Made by a program: the position numbers and the translations under genes. A stretch of 64,000 nt of DNA from Macrostomum hystrix. Taxonomy: Eukaryota > Animalia > Platyhelminthes. Under the pieces are notes generated by a model. It was not told the DNA's origin, searched no databases, and saw nothing but the letters and a program-made list of their open reading frames with translations. Below, piece by piece: positions 1-11,500 of the stretch (positions within the stretch are counted from its first letter, which is position 1; each line of letters opens with the position of its first letter). The DNA is taken from contig CATNEN010000025.1 in assembly GCA_950097015.1 (NCBI GenBank), forward strand, positions 2,356,001 through 2,420,000, read 5' to 3'.

Positions 1-190
1 TGTACAATGAGCTTCATTGCGTGATGGAAGTACTAAATATTTTAAATCTTGAATTAGTTTTAGCTGAATGTAAATTTTATTTTTTCATTTCACAGTAGAA
101 AATCAGGCAATAATAAACTAGAATGACGCTTAATTTAGCTAATTATTGCAATCAGATTAAAGCGAAAGTACAAAAAACCCTCCAAGAACA

Positions 191-631
191 TCACAGCTTA
201 GCAGACACACTGCTATCCTTACTACTAGCGGTAGTAGGTACCTCTGCGACGGCCACAATCTCAACTCTTGCCCCGCCTGGCAGATTTGACACCTGGTAGC
301 ACTCCCTGGCCGGATAAGGTCGTTCAAAGAATTCCGCGTAGACAGCGTTGAAGCGTTCAAAGTCGCGAATGTCGGCTAAGAGGGCCGTGCACTTTAGCAC
401 ATTGTTATAGTGCAGGCCGGCGGCGGACAGGACGGCGCCGACGTTGCGCAACGCCTGCCTAGTCTGGCTCTCAATGTCCAGGCCAGCCAGCTCCCTGGTC
501 TCCGGCCGGAAGCCGCACTGGCCCGCCAGAAACATCAGCCGGGAGGAGGACGAGGATGTCAGCACGGCCTGGCTGAATGGCCCGATTGCGGCAGGCGAGT
601 TCTTTGTCTCTACTACGGTTCGTCCGGACAT
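191..631 (-). CDS. RIDA: RidA/YjgF/UK114 family 2-iminobutanoate/2-iminopropanoate deaminase, single coding exon
   Basis: 146-aa ORF with PAAIGPFSQAV, LAGQ, Q-T-R-Q-A-L-R-N-V, F..FN..YA.FF..PYPAR and LP.GARVEI, including the catalytic Arg (PAR) and Glu (VEI). An acceptor-like tttcag lies 21 nt upstream of the ATG. Confidence 0.95.
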   Translation of the reverse strand: MSGRTVVETKNSPAAIGPFSQAVLTSSSSSRLMFLAGQCGFRPETRELAGLDIESQTRQALRNVGAVLSAAGLHYNNVLKCTALLADIRDFERFNAVYAEFFERPYPARECYQVSNLPGGARVEIVAVAEVPTTASSKDSSVSAKL

Positions 632-729
632 TGCTTAGGGGCCGAACAAATTCTGAAAGCGTTTGTTCATGTATGCCGTAGACGAAAGATAGACATAATC
701 TACTTCATTAATTTGCATTACCACAACAC

Positions 730-1321
730 AGGGAAGCAGCAGACACACTGAAGGCTCAGGGGGGAAACAGCAGACACACTGAAGGCTCAGGGGGGAAACA
801 GCAGACACACTGAAGGCTCAGGGGGGAAACAGCAGACACACTGAAGGCTCAGGGGGGAAACAGCAGACACACTGAAGGCTCAGGGGGGAAACAGCAGACA
901 CACTGAAGGCTCAGGGTGGAGGGAAACAGCAGACACACTGAAGGCTCAGGGTGGAGGGAAACAGCAGACACACTGAAGGCTCAGGGTGGAGGGAAACAGC
1001 AGACACACTGAAGGCTCAGGGGGGAGGGAAACAGCAGACACACTGAAGGCTCAGGGGGGAGGGAAACAGCAGACACACTGAAGGCTCAGGGGGGAGGGAA
1101 ACAGCAGACACACTGAAGGCTCAGGGGGAGGGAAACAGCAGACACACTGAAGGCTCAGGGTGGAGGGAAACAGCAGACACACTGAAGGCTCAGGGGGAGG
1201 GAAACAGCAGACACACTGAAGGCTCAGGGTGGAGGGAAACAGCAGACACACTGAAGGCTCAGGGGGGAGGGAAACAGCAGACACACTGAAGGCTCAGGGT
1301 GGAGGGAAACAGCAGACACAC
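730..1321. repeat. Minisatellite, 31-35 bp unit (cagcagacacactgaaggctcagg(gtggag)ggaaa), about 17 copies
   Basis: Direct tandem repeats; the unit changes from 31 to 35 bp along the array. Confidence 0.95.
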
Positions 1322-2215
1322 CTTAGGGCTTGATGAAACGGTGCGGTATAAAAAGTTTAATTCAAATACACTAATTAAATTACAATTCCATTCGATCACA
1401 AAAACTCACGGCTGTGACGATTGTAAACGTTCGAATTTCAGAATCTGCCTACTGTGGTTTTAAATTAAAATTTTCTTTCTTAAGTAAAATACACTGAATT
1501 AAAATACTCTCTGCATTATAGGAAAATGTGTTATCGCAGTTCTTCAATCAAGTCCAAGGTAAGGCCGAGAAATAGCATTAATTTGCGCCTTGCAAATGAT
1601 AACAGGTAAACCTATGCTTTTAGATAGTTTAAAGGGACTAGGTATGTAACAAGGTCTTCAAGGAGTGTAAAGTGATGTACATTCGACAATGTACGTCTCT
1701 ATAACCAATGTCTGGGATATTTCTGTAACCTGGCCTGGGTAGTTTAGTGAAACTTTTAAAGATAACTCAAAATCAATAGTGTAATAGTGAATTAACACCT
1801 TTCTTCTACTTAAAGTAGACAGAAATGCGACATTTTAACGATAAAAGAAACAAAACATTTTAAAGTAGGTAAAAAACTTAGCTGCTGTCATACCAGCCAA
1901 CAATTCAGCTTGTTTAATTGAAACGCTTTTAACTACTATTTATGAAACAAACCGAGATAGCAATAAAAATTCATTTTATATGATCAAAATACGCAATAAA
2001 GAAACCATACCGAACATTTGTGAATCAATTTGAACAGGAATAATTAAATACGAGTAAGTATACTTACTCATTGTAGAGCCGAAGTAAAAAAGGAAAAAAA
2101 TGCTTTAAAATTTTCAGATAATCAGAGCGTATGCACAGCATTTTTCTTTCAGTTCCTAGTTTAGTAGCCTAAAAATAAATTTCTGTCTGTAAAATTAGCT
2201 TGAAGCCTTAGCAGA

Positions 2216-2584
2216 TTACACTTCCTCATCGCCTACTCCACTGGGCTCTAGTCCCATAGGCTGCTGCTGCTGCTGCGCCTTCACCGCCTCCGCTGTTGAC
2301 CGCAGATGCCTGACAACCTTGGCCAAGGCCTCAGGATTAACCCCGGCTTCAATGAGGTGAGTACATATGCGCAGCTCTTCATAGTGCAGGCCGGTGTTAA
2401 GCAGGCGAGACATGTCAAATAGTGCGCGGTAGGCGGCGCCACTGTTCTCATTGCTGCGCGTGCCAACAGCATCGGGAGAAGCTGATGCAGCTGTGGACGA
2501 TGATGTGGCTCCCTCGGCAGTTGCCAGCGGTGTAGCTCGAGCCCGCCTGGCCGCCGCAGCTGCTGCATCCGCTTTGGTCGACAT
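2216..2584 (-). CDS. MZT1: MOZART1 (mitotic spindle organizing protein 1, gamma-tubulin complex)
   Basis: LFDMSRLLNTGLHYEELRICTHLIEAGVNPEALAKVVRHLR matches the MZT1 signature. The ATG at 2584 follows a tttacag acceptor; the ORF-track extension to 2653 is probably intronic or outron sequence. Confidence 0.9.
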   Translation of the reverse strand: MSTKADAAAAAARRARATPLATAEGATSSSTAASASPDAVGTRSNENSGAAYRALFDMSRLLNTGLHYEELRICTHLIEAGVNPEALAKVVRHLRSTAEAVKAQQQQQPMGLEPSGVGDEEV

Positions 2585-4805
2585 GTCAGCTCTTACTTTA
2601 GCTGTAAAGTAGCAGAGGTGTGAACATTGAGCTTTAAACTCTTTTAAATGCATATAGACTTTCAGTTATTAAAATAGATTTGAGGACTTACAAACAGTCA
2701 GCAGCTCTTCTTTATCTGAGTTTAAATGACTTTATCATTAGTAACTTATTATCTATGTTCTTATTTCCATCGCCTTGACCACTTTGCTAAAATTTGTTTT
2801 TTTAGATTTAAATAATATTTAGCTAGTCAGCTAGCTTAAATTAAGCTAACATTTAAATAATACTAGCAAGATGGAGTTGCTAAACTAGCTAGGCCTATTG
2901 AAAAAGAGTGATAAAGGGTTAAGGCTTTATTCTTGAAAGTTTTTATCCCTACTGCTAAATATAAAATGATATTATTAGAGTGAACAAAATCTACAAAGTC
3001 ATGTTCTCCTAGCCACATAACAAAACACAAACTATTAACTAACTGACCTAACAATAAATAAACTACCAGTAAGAAAAACAAACAGGACAAATGCAAAATT
3101 GACAAAAGAAAAGCAAACACTGTTTTGCAAAGAAAACAAAATATAAATATTGGTGTGAAAATTTTACAGTTCATGAGCTTAAGTTAAAAAGCACAGAAAT
3201 TGTTTACTGATGCATTTTTCCTTCTTTGTAATTTTTAGACATGTCTGAGGTCAAGGCTAATGGCAAAAATGGGACAAAAAGTTTGTTTTTGAGCAAATTA
3301 ACTTAAGGCAATTATCTACAAAACATTTTAAATTCCAAAAATATGTCCGCTGAGAATGATAGAATAAAATGGGATGACTATTTTAATATGATTTTCTATA
3401 ATTATGTATTGGACATAAGTACAAGTCTTCAGAAGAACAGTTAAATAGACAATGCTTAGTTTCGGGTGCGATAGGTGCAAATGCACTGAGCTCCGCTGCC
3501 GGCTCTGGCGTAAGCCGTCAGTGTTGTGCAAGCAGGCTTAAATTCATCGAAAATAAAAAGTTTAAACTATTTAAGTTTGGCTAAGTAACGGTAAAAGAAA
3601 GAGTCGAAATAGATTCGACAGGATCGCAAACAAAAGCAATTAGTTTTTTAAATTTTGCTCTGTAAAAAATTGAATCAAAACAAAAAGTCTATGTAAAAAG
3701 CTAATATACCTTAAGTTTACATGATTCTACGAAAATTAGTCACCCAGCGGCATAAGGCTGCGCAGGGCAGACCTCGCCTTTTCAATAACGTTCTTTCTAT
3801 GATACTTTAGGGATTGTTTCAATTCGCTTTGTTTTCTGAAAAAAAGTTACAGACTCCTACTCATTAGTGTTCTCTCAGTAAACACTAAGCCTTTCTTTTG
3901 TTTCGTAGTTTTTTGCAATCCTAATTGCTTGCCGCAGCCGGTAGCAGCAGCGCGAGTTTTTTATTTACTAAAAAGCTAAATTACTTTACTAGGCCTAACT
4001 TATACGTTATAGTAATTATTTTTATAAATCCATTGTATAGTATTATAAAGAATACAGTCAGGCTTCATTTGCAATGTTAGCTATACCATGGGTTAGGCCT
4101 ATCCAATACAGCTAGTCCTAGATAGCCTAAGTGTTGATATAGAAAAAAATTAGGAATAACAATTCTGCTAGAGTCTCTACTCTGTCAGTGTCTGGATTGC
4201 TCATTAGTCATTACTATTATATATGTGATTTAATATATAGCATTTATGTTTATGTCAGGAAGGCTTCCAGTGTTCACAGGAACCATGGGACAAATAAAAT
4301 GTGCACCAATCTATGCCAATTTCAATGCCCGATTTTGAATGTTACAGCATATACTGAAGTCGTTTTGTCATTATTTTCCTCTTTTAATAGACTTATATTA
4401 CATATGCTTCCAGATATACCTAATATGTAGATTTCCACATTTCCACATTGAACAATCTTACCAAGGTTCTTTGGGAACATAATCAATTGAATGGGCTCTA
4501 TAAAATTAGCTAGGCCTACAAAAAGGATCAAAGTAATTTAGATAAAAAAGGAAAAGATCACAACTAAAAATTAGGGTCTATACTATACTTGCTATGCATA
4601 TATTTGAAGATATTTTGTAGAAGGCAAATAGATAACTAAACTAACTTTGTAGTGGGCAAAAGGTGAACTAAACTAACTGTTAACTTTAATTTTAGTATTA
4701 GGGCCTATATTGTTTAACATTATGTAGTATCTAAATATAGAGTATATAAAAATAAAATAATATGGATGTGAATCTGGGTTTGTATACTTTTTGTTTAATG
4801 GTAAC

Positions 4806-5046
4806 CATACATGCGCAACCTCCCAAATCTTAGCCAGCTGAGCGACTTAGTTTTTGCTCTCATTTGTGACTTAGTTTGTTTCATTGCTCTCTTTTTCTCT
4901 CCCCTTTTTCCTTTTCTTCACGCCTTCCTTTTTTGTCCCTTGGTCCCCCCTTTGATTTTTTTGCACTTGGTTGATTGGTTTTTGCGACTTACCTTGCTTG
5001 GCCCTCGTTTCACCTGGCCAGTTCGGCTGGGTGTTGCACATGTATG
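4806..5046. mobile_element. Non-autonomous DNA transposon (MITE), hAT-like, copy 1
   Basis: TIRs CATACATGCGCAAC / GTTGCACATGTATG and an 8-bp TSD ATGGTAAC on both sides (4798-4805, 5047-5054). It is the reverse complement of the copy at 48339-48587. Confidence 0.85.
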
Positions 5047-5587
5047 ATGGTAACTTATTTGCAGCTAGGCCAAACAAATGAGACTAAATTGAATATGAAA
5101 AAGTTTTTCATCAGGGGACTCATTTCAAAAGGAATTGTAAAAAATATTTAAATATTGTCAGATAAAGCAAATGATTATGCAGGTCATTTTATATTATTTA
5201 TAGACAAATGGCTGACTGATGAAATACCAACATTTAAAACACTGATAGCTAAGCAAAACTTTATGCCATTGTTGTGATAATAACAATTGGCTGGTATTAT
5301 GTATTTTTTGTATACAATTTTTGTATGTAAGAAACTGTTGAGCTCAATAAAATTACTAGCTATAAAATGCATGTTTTTCCTCCTTTTTCTGATATAATAC
5401 ATATAGGTCTAAGATTGTAGGCCTAGCCACAACCTATATAAATGTAGCTATCTTGTAAGTCAAAAAAAATAATTTATAAAATTGCACTAGGCCAGATTGA
5501 TAGGGTACTGACACAGTTTTGAATATTGTTGCCATTAGTTTTCCTTTTGTTTATTCTCTTGTTTATTGTTTATCTACTTTGCAGGGC

Positions 5588-8500
5588 ATGTCTGAAAGAA
5601 TTCAATCACACCTGGAGGTGAAAACTGGTATCCTGGTGAAGCGGTCCCAGAACAAGAGACTATTCACTAGGGAGAATTTCAAAGAAAGATATTTCGTTTT
5701 AACTTCTATGAGCTTGCAATATTTTGAGCGCTCAAAGGCGGTTAGTAGTTTTTTACTTTTCAGATTGATTCTAATAAAAAACTTGGATTCCATTGTTGTA
5801 TGCTTGGATTCATTAGTTTTTTACTATACTATGTGTCTCATGTCATCTATGTTTATCCAGGGCACACCGATTCGAAACACAAAACCGCGCGGTCGCATTT
5901 TTCTGGCTCTGATGAAGGCGGTGGAGAGTGTTGAAAAACTCGATACCGGCTTTGGCGGCGGTCGCTGGCGCTTTGGACTTCAGATAGTGTAGGATTATAT
6001 GTTTCCCTGAAATTCTGTTCTTTTGACATGCTTTCTGCTCTCCCCTGATTCTCCAGTGTTCTCCTCCCCTGATTCTTCAGTGTCCTCCTCCCCTGATTCT
6101 TCAGTGTCCTCCTCCCCTGATTCTTCAGTGTCCTCCTCCCCTGATTCTTCAGTGTCCTCCTCCCCTGATTCTTTAGTGTTCTCCTCCTCTGATTCTTCAG
6201 TGTCCTTCCCTGATTCTTCAGTGTCCTCCTCCCCTGATTCTTCAGTGTCCTCCTCCCCTAATTCTTCAGTGTCCTCCTCCCCTGATTCTTCAGTGTCCTC
6301 CTCCCCTGATTCTTCAGTGTCCTCCTCCCCTAATTCTTCACTGTCCTTCTCCCCTGATTCTTCAGTGTCCTCCTCCCCTGATTCTTCAGTGTCCTCCTCC
6401 CCTGATTCTTCAGTGTCCTCCTCCCCTGATTCTTCAGTGTCCTCCTCCCCTGATTCTTCAGTGTCCTCCTCCCCTGATTCTTCAGTGTCCTCCTCCCCTG
6501 ATTCTTCAGTGTCCTCCTCCCCTGATTCTTCAGTGTCCTCCTCCCCTGATTCTTCAGTGTTCTCCTCCTCTGATTCTTCAGTGTCCTTCCCTGATTCTTC
6601 AGTGTCCTCCCCTGATTCTTCAGTGTCCTCCTCCCCTGATTCTTCAGTGTCCTCCTCCCCTGATTCTTCAGTGTCCTCCTCCCCTGATTCTTCAGTGTTC
6701 TCCTCCTCTGATTCTTCAGTGTCCTCCTCCCCTAATTCTTCAGTGTCCTCCTCCCCTAATTCTTCAGTGTTCTCCTCCCCTAATTCTTCAGTGTTCTCCT
6801 CCTCTGATTCTTCAGTGTCCTCCTCCCCTGATTCTTCAGTGTCCACCTCCCCTAATTCTTCAGTGTTCTCCTCCCCTGATTCCTCAGTGTCCTCCTCCCC
6901 TGATTCTTCAGTGTCCTCCTCCCCTGATTCTTCAGTGTCCTCCTCCCCTGATTCTTTAGTGTCCTCCTCCCCTGATTCTTCAGTGTCCTCCTCCCCTGAT
7001 TCTTTCATGTTCTTTTCTTTTCTGTGTCACCTCTGATTAATCAGATCGAAAATTTCATGTACCCTGAATCTGCAGTACCTTATGTTATAAGTGTTTTACC
7101 TCAATTTTGGACATTTTGGGCAAGTACCTAACTTGCAATGTTTATTAAATACTGCTAGTTTACCTTACACCAGATTTTTTAATAAATATACTAACACCCG
7201 CAGCTATGTAGAAGACGTTCACTTCACGCACTACACTCTGTACGCGCTGGCGTCGACTGAAGCGGAGCGCGCTGATTGGCTGAGACAGATACGAGACTGC
7301 GCCCTGGTCAGAGGGGCCAGATTTGGCGCCCCCTATCATCCAGGGGCCTGGCTCAAACCCGGCCGATTCGCCTGCTGCAACAACAGCGATAGGAAATCCC
7401 TCGGCTGCGCGCCTGCAACAGAGTGGCAGCAGCAGCAGCAACAGGATCCAATCCAATTAGCTGTTCAGCGACAGCAGGGATTGCAGCAGCAGTTGCCGCC
7501 ACAGGCTATGCCCATGCAACAGTCGCATGGCCCACAGCAAACTGGGGTGGGTGTCAAGAATGTGGGATTAATGTCCTGTTTTCTAGCAATATTTATTAAG
7601 TTATGTGATTTTCTACACGAAAATCTCGAATTATTTTATTCTCAAAGTTCCATTATCCCAGAATCCGAACTTCCTTTGTCCTAGACCCCTGATTTCCATT
7701 GTCCCAGATCCTCGAGCTCTATTTTTCTAGATCCCCGAGTTACATTATCCCAGATCCCCGAGTTACATTATCCCAGATCCCCGAGTTATATTATCCCAGA
7801 TCCCCGAGGTACATTATCCCAGGTCCCCGAGTTACATTATCCCAGATCCCCGAGTTACATTATCCCAGATCCCCGAGGTACATTATCCCAGATCCCCGAG
7901 TTACATTATCCCAGATCCCAGAGTTACATTATCCCAGATCCCCGAGTTACCAGATCCCAGATCCGAGAGTATCGCAGATTATCCCAGATTATCTAACACC
8001 CCCGATTTCAATTATCCCATATCCGGAGTTCCATTATCCCAGATCCTTGCGTTCCTTTGTACCACATCCTCGCGCTACATTTTGCCAGATCCGCTATTTC
8101 CATTTTCCTAGATCTCAGAGTTCCATTATCCCACATCCTCGAGTTCTATTATCCCAGAATCCTATTGTTCATAGCTGTCCCGAACCGGTTTGCAGATTGG
8201 TCAGTCTCGTTCAACATCAAACTTTATTGAGTCCGTGGCAACGACCGCGACTGTAACAAACGGAGGCGCCGGACTGCCAGTTGATTCATCCGGAGCAGGC
8301 GATGCGCCAGGCAATGTTGTGGTGGCTATTTACAACTTCAGGCCGATGCGATCCAATCAGATTAGATTGGAAAAGGTATGTTTGTTTTAAAGTGACGATA
8401 GTGGCGCCAAAATCAGTGCTAAGTTACAGTGGCACAAAATGCGCACTTTGGCTGGCGCATGCTTTATCTTGTTAAAATGAAGAATTAATTTAGAATAAAA

Positions 8501-11500
8501 ATTCTCTTTTAGAAAATCTGTTATTTATTTTGTTAGGTACAAATTTAGAATAGTCAAGGCTGAATTAGCATTAGCAGTGCTGATACGATCGCATTGTCGC
8601 TGTTAGCTTTTCGTGCACCGCGAAATCTTGTAGACTTTGTAATTGCATAGATTCTAGTACATTCTTCATGATAACTGCTATCATTTGTATTTCGATAGGG
8701 CGGTCGGTACATGTTAGTTGACGGCTCCAATGCCAAGTGGTGGTATGTTCGCGACTCCTCCGGGTGAGTGACAGTTTACGTTATTACTCTTTCTATCCTC
8801 AGAGTCGCATTCGAATTTGCTAGGCGCGTGCGATTAGCTAGCGGGCTGTTCTTAAAATATGCAGGTCATTTTCAAGGTGTTTAGGTCTTCCTTTAGAAGG
8901 AATACTGTCTGTTTCTCGGTGATATTTGGCAGTTTTTAAGTGATATTGGGCTGTTTCTCGGTGACATTTGGCTGTTTTTAAGTGATATTGGGCTTTTTCT
9001 CGGTAATATTTGGCTGTTTTTAAGTGATATTGGGCTTTTTCTCGGTGATATTTGGCTGTTTTTAAGTGATATTGGGCTGTTTCTCGGTAATATTTGGCTG
9101 TTTTTAAGTGATATTGGGCTGTTTCTCGGTAATATTTGGCTGTTTTTAAGTGATATTGGGCTGTTTATCGGTAATATTTGGCTGTTTTTAAGTGATATTG
9201 GGCTGTTTCTCGGTAATATTTGGCTGTTTTTAAGTGATAAATAATTTGAAACGCTACATTTTCAGAGAGTACGGCTACATACCTGCTAATTACACGCGTA
9301 AACCTGACAGCCTTGAAACATACGAGTAAGTCCTGATCTCGTCTAATCTATTTCATAGTAAAATCTGCTTCACAATAAGGAGCCTAATTGATTCAAATGA
9401 CTCTATTTCGCTTACTCCGCTTCCCGCAGCTGGTACTACAAGAATATCAGTAGGCAGCGAGCTGAGCACATCCTACTCGAGCTGGGCCGCAAAGAGGGCT
9501 GCTTCCTAGTACGCGACTCTGTGTCTAAGAGAAACTCCTACACCCTGTCTGTCATGGCCAAGGATGTCAATAAGTGAGTGCGCTTGTTGCCTGTCTGTCA
9601 TGGCAAAGGATGTCAATAAGTGAGTTTGTGTCTGGCTGTTGTACGTATGTCTGTTCTGGGGATCTGTTGTCTCTCTGTTCTGGGTGTCTGTTGTCTCTAT
9701 ATTCTGGGTGTCTGTTGTCTCTCTGTTCTGGGTGTCTGTTGTCTCTATATTCTTGGTGTCTGTTGTCTCTCTATTCTGGGTGTCTGGTGTCTCTCTATTC
9801 TGGGTGTCTGTTGTCTCTCTATTCTGGGTGTCTGTTGTCTCTCTATTCTGGGTGTCTGTTGTCTCTCTATTCTGGGTGTCTGGTGTCTCTCTGTTCTGGG
9901 TGTCTGTTGTCTCTATATTCTGGGTGTCTGTTGTCTCTCTGTTCTGGGTGTCTGTTGTCTCTCTGTTCTGGGTGTCTGTTGTCTCTCTGTTCTGGGTGTC
10001 TGTTGTCTCTCTATTCTGGGTGTCTGGTGTCTCTCTATTCTGGGTGTCTGTTGTCTCTATTCTGGGTGTCTGTTGACTCTGTTCTGGGTGTCTGTTGTCT
10101 CTATTCTGGGTGTCTGTTGTCTCTCTATTCTGGGTGTCTGTTGTCTCTCTGTTCTGGGTGTCTGTTGTCTCTCTGTTCTGGGTGCCTCTACCATTCAGTC
10201 TGTAGTGTCTGCTACGTGTCTCTACCATTCAGTCTGTAGTGTCTGCTATGTGTCTCTACCATTCAGTCTGTAGTGTCTGCTACGTGTCTCTACCATTCAG
10301 TCTGTAGAGTCTGCTATGTGTCTCTACCATTCAGTCTGTAGTGTCTGCTATGTGTCTCTACCATTCAGTCTGTAGAGTCTGCTATGTGTCTCTACCATTC
10401 AGTCTGTAGAGTCTGCTATGTGTCTCTACCATTCAGTCTGTAGAGTCTGCTATGTGTCTCTACCATTCAGTCTGTAGTGTCTGCTACGTGTCTCTACCAT
10501 TCAGTCTGTAGTGTCTGCTATGTGTCTCTACCATTCAGTCTGTAGAGTCTGCTACGTGTCTCTACCATTCAGTCTGTAGTGTCTGCTATGTGTCTCTACC
10601 ATTCAGTCTGTAGTGTCTGCTATGTGTCTCTACCATTCAGTCTGTAGTGTCTGCTATGTGTCTCTACCATTCAGTCTGTAGTGTCTGCTATGTGTCTCTA
10701 CCATTCAGTCTGTAGTGTCTGCTACGTGTCTCTACCATTCAGTCTGTAGTGTCTGCTATGTGTCTCTACCATTCAGTCTGTAGTGTCTGCTATGTGTCTC
10801 TACCATTCAGTCTGTAGAGTCTGCTATGTGTCTCTACCATTCAGTCTGTAGTTTGTCTGCCTGTTCTGTATGTTGTGTGTCACTCAATCTGTTATCTTCC
10901 TGTCAGTTATACGCCCCCCTGTATTTTGAAGTCAAACTGTCTGTGCCAACCAGAGCAGTCGATGTCCATCTATTAAATTTAATACGAAGCATTAGTACAA
11001 TATCAATCTCTCATCTGTAATGTATCAAATCATCATACAATAGTTTGACGTGAGACAATTCTATTAATTGAAAAGCATGCAAACCCAGGGATGTAGATTC
11101 GCAGTCATGTAAAAAATATGATTCTCATTAATTTTGCATGCTAAACGCAATGACTTGATTTTTCTAGTTCTACGCATTTCGATGCGTGACTTGACAACGA
11201 ATGAACAAACCTTACAAACTTAGAGATATTCAGTTCCATCTCGTATTGTAGTCTTCACTTCACTTTACTGACAAAAATTATCTTAGTGCTTGTATTGCTT
11301 TCTGGGCTAAACTGGTCCGCGAAAAGTAACCTACCGCTGTGCCTTTATTATCAACTCACTGCTTTCCTGTCATCGAGACTGCTTCCATTTCAACCAATTT
11401 TATTGTCTGCTGCGTGACTATTTGTGCCTAATTTCTTTTGAGCAATTATTCTGCTATTATTTTAGTATGCAACTGAAAAATGCTTTTATTTGTCTGAGTT

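Noticed and set aside
191-631. Intronless RidA as a possible bacterial horizontal transfer
   Set aside because: RidA/UK114 is universal in eukaryotes, the YQV..LP motif is eukaryote-like, and neighbouring host genes (MZT1, lectins) are also intronless.
5995-7036. 337-aa acidic and Ser-rich ORFs on both strands
   Set aside because: Translations of a 27-bp intronic minisatellite; a unit length divisible by 3 keeps frames open, and splice phases do not incorporate it.
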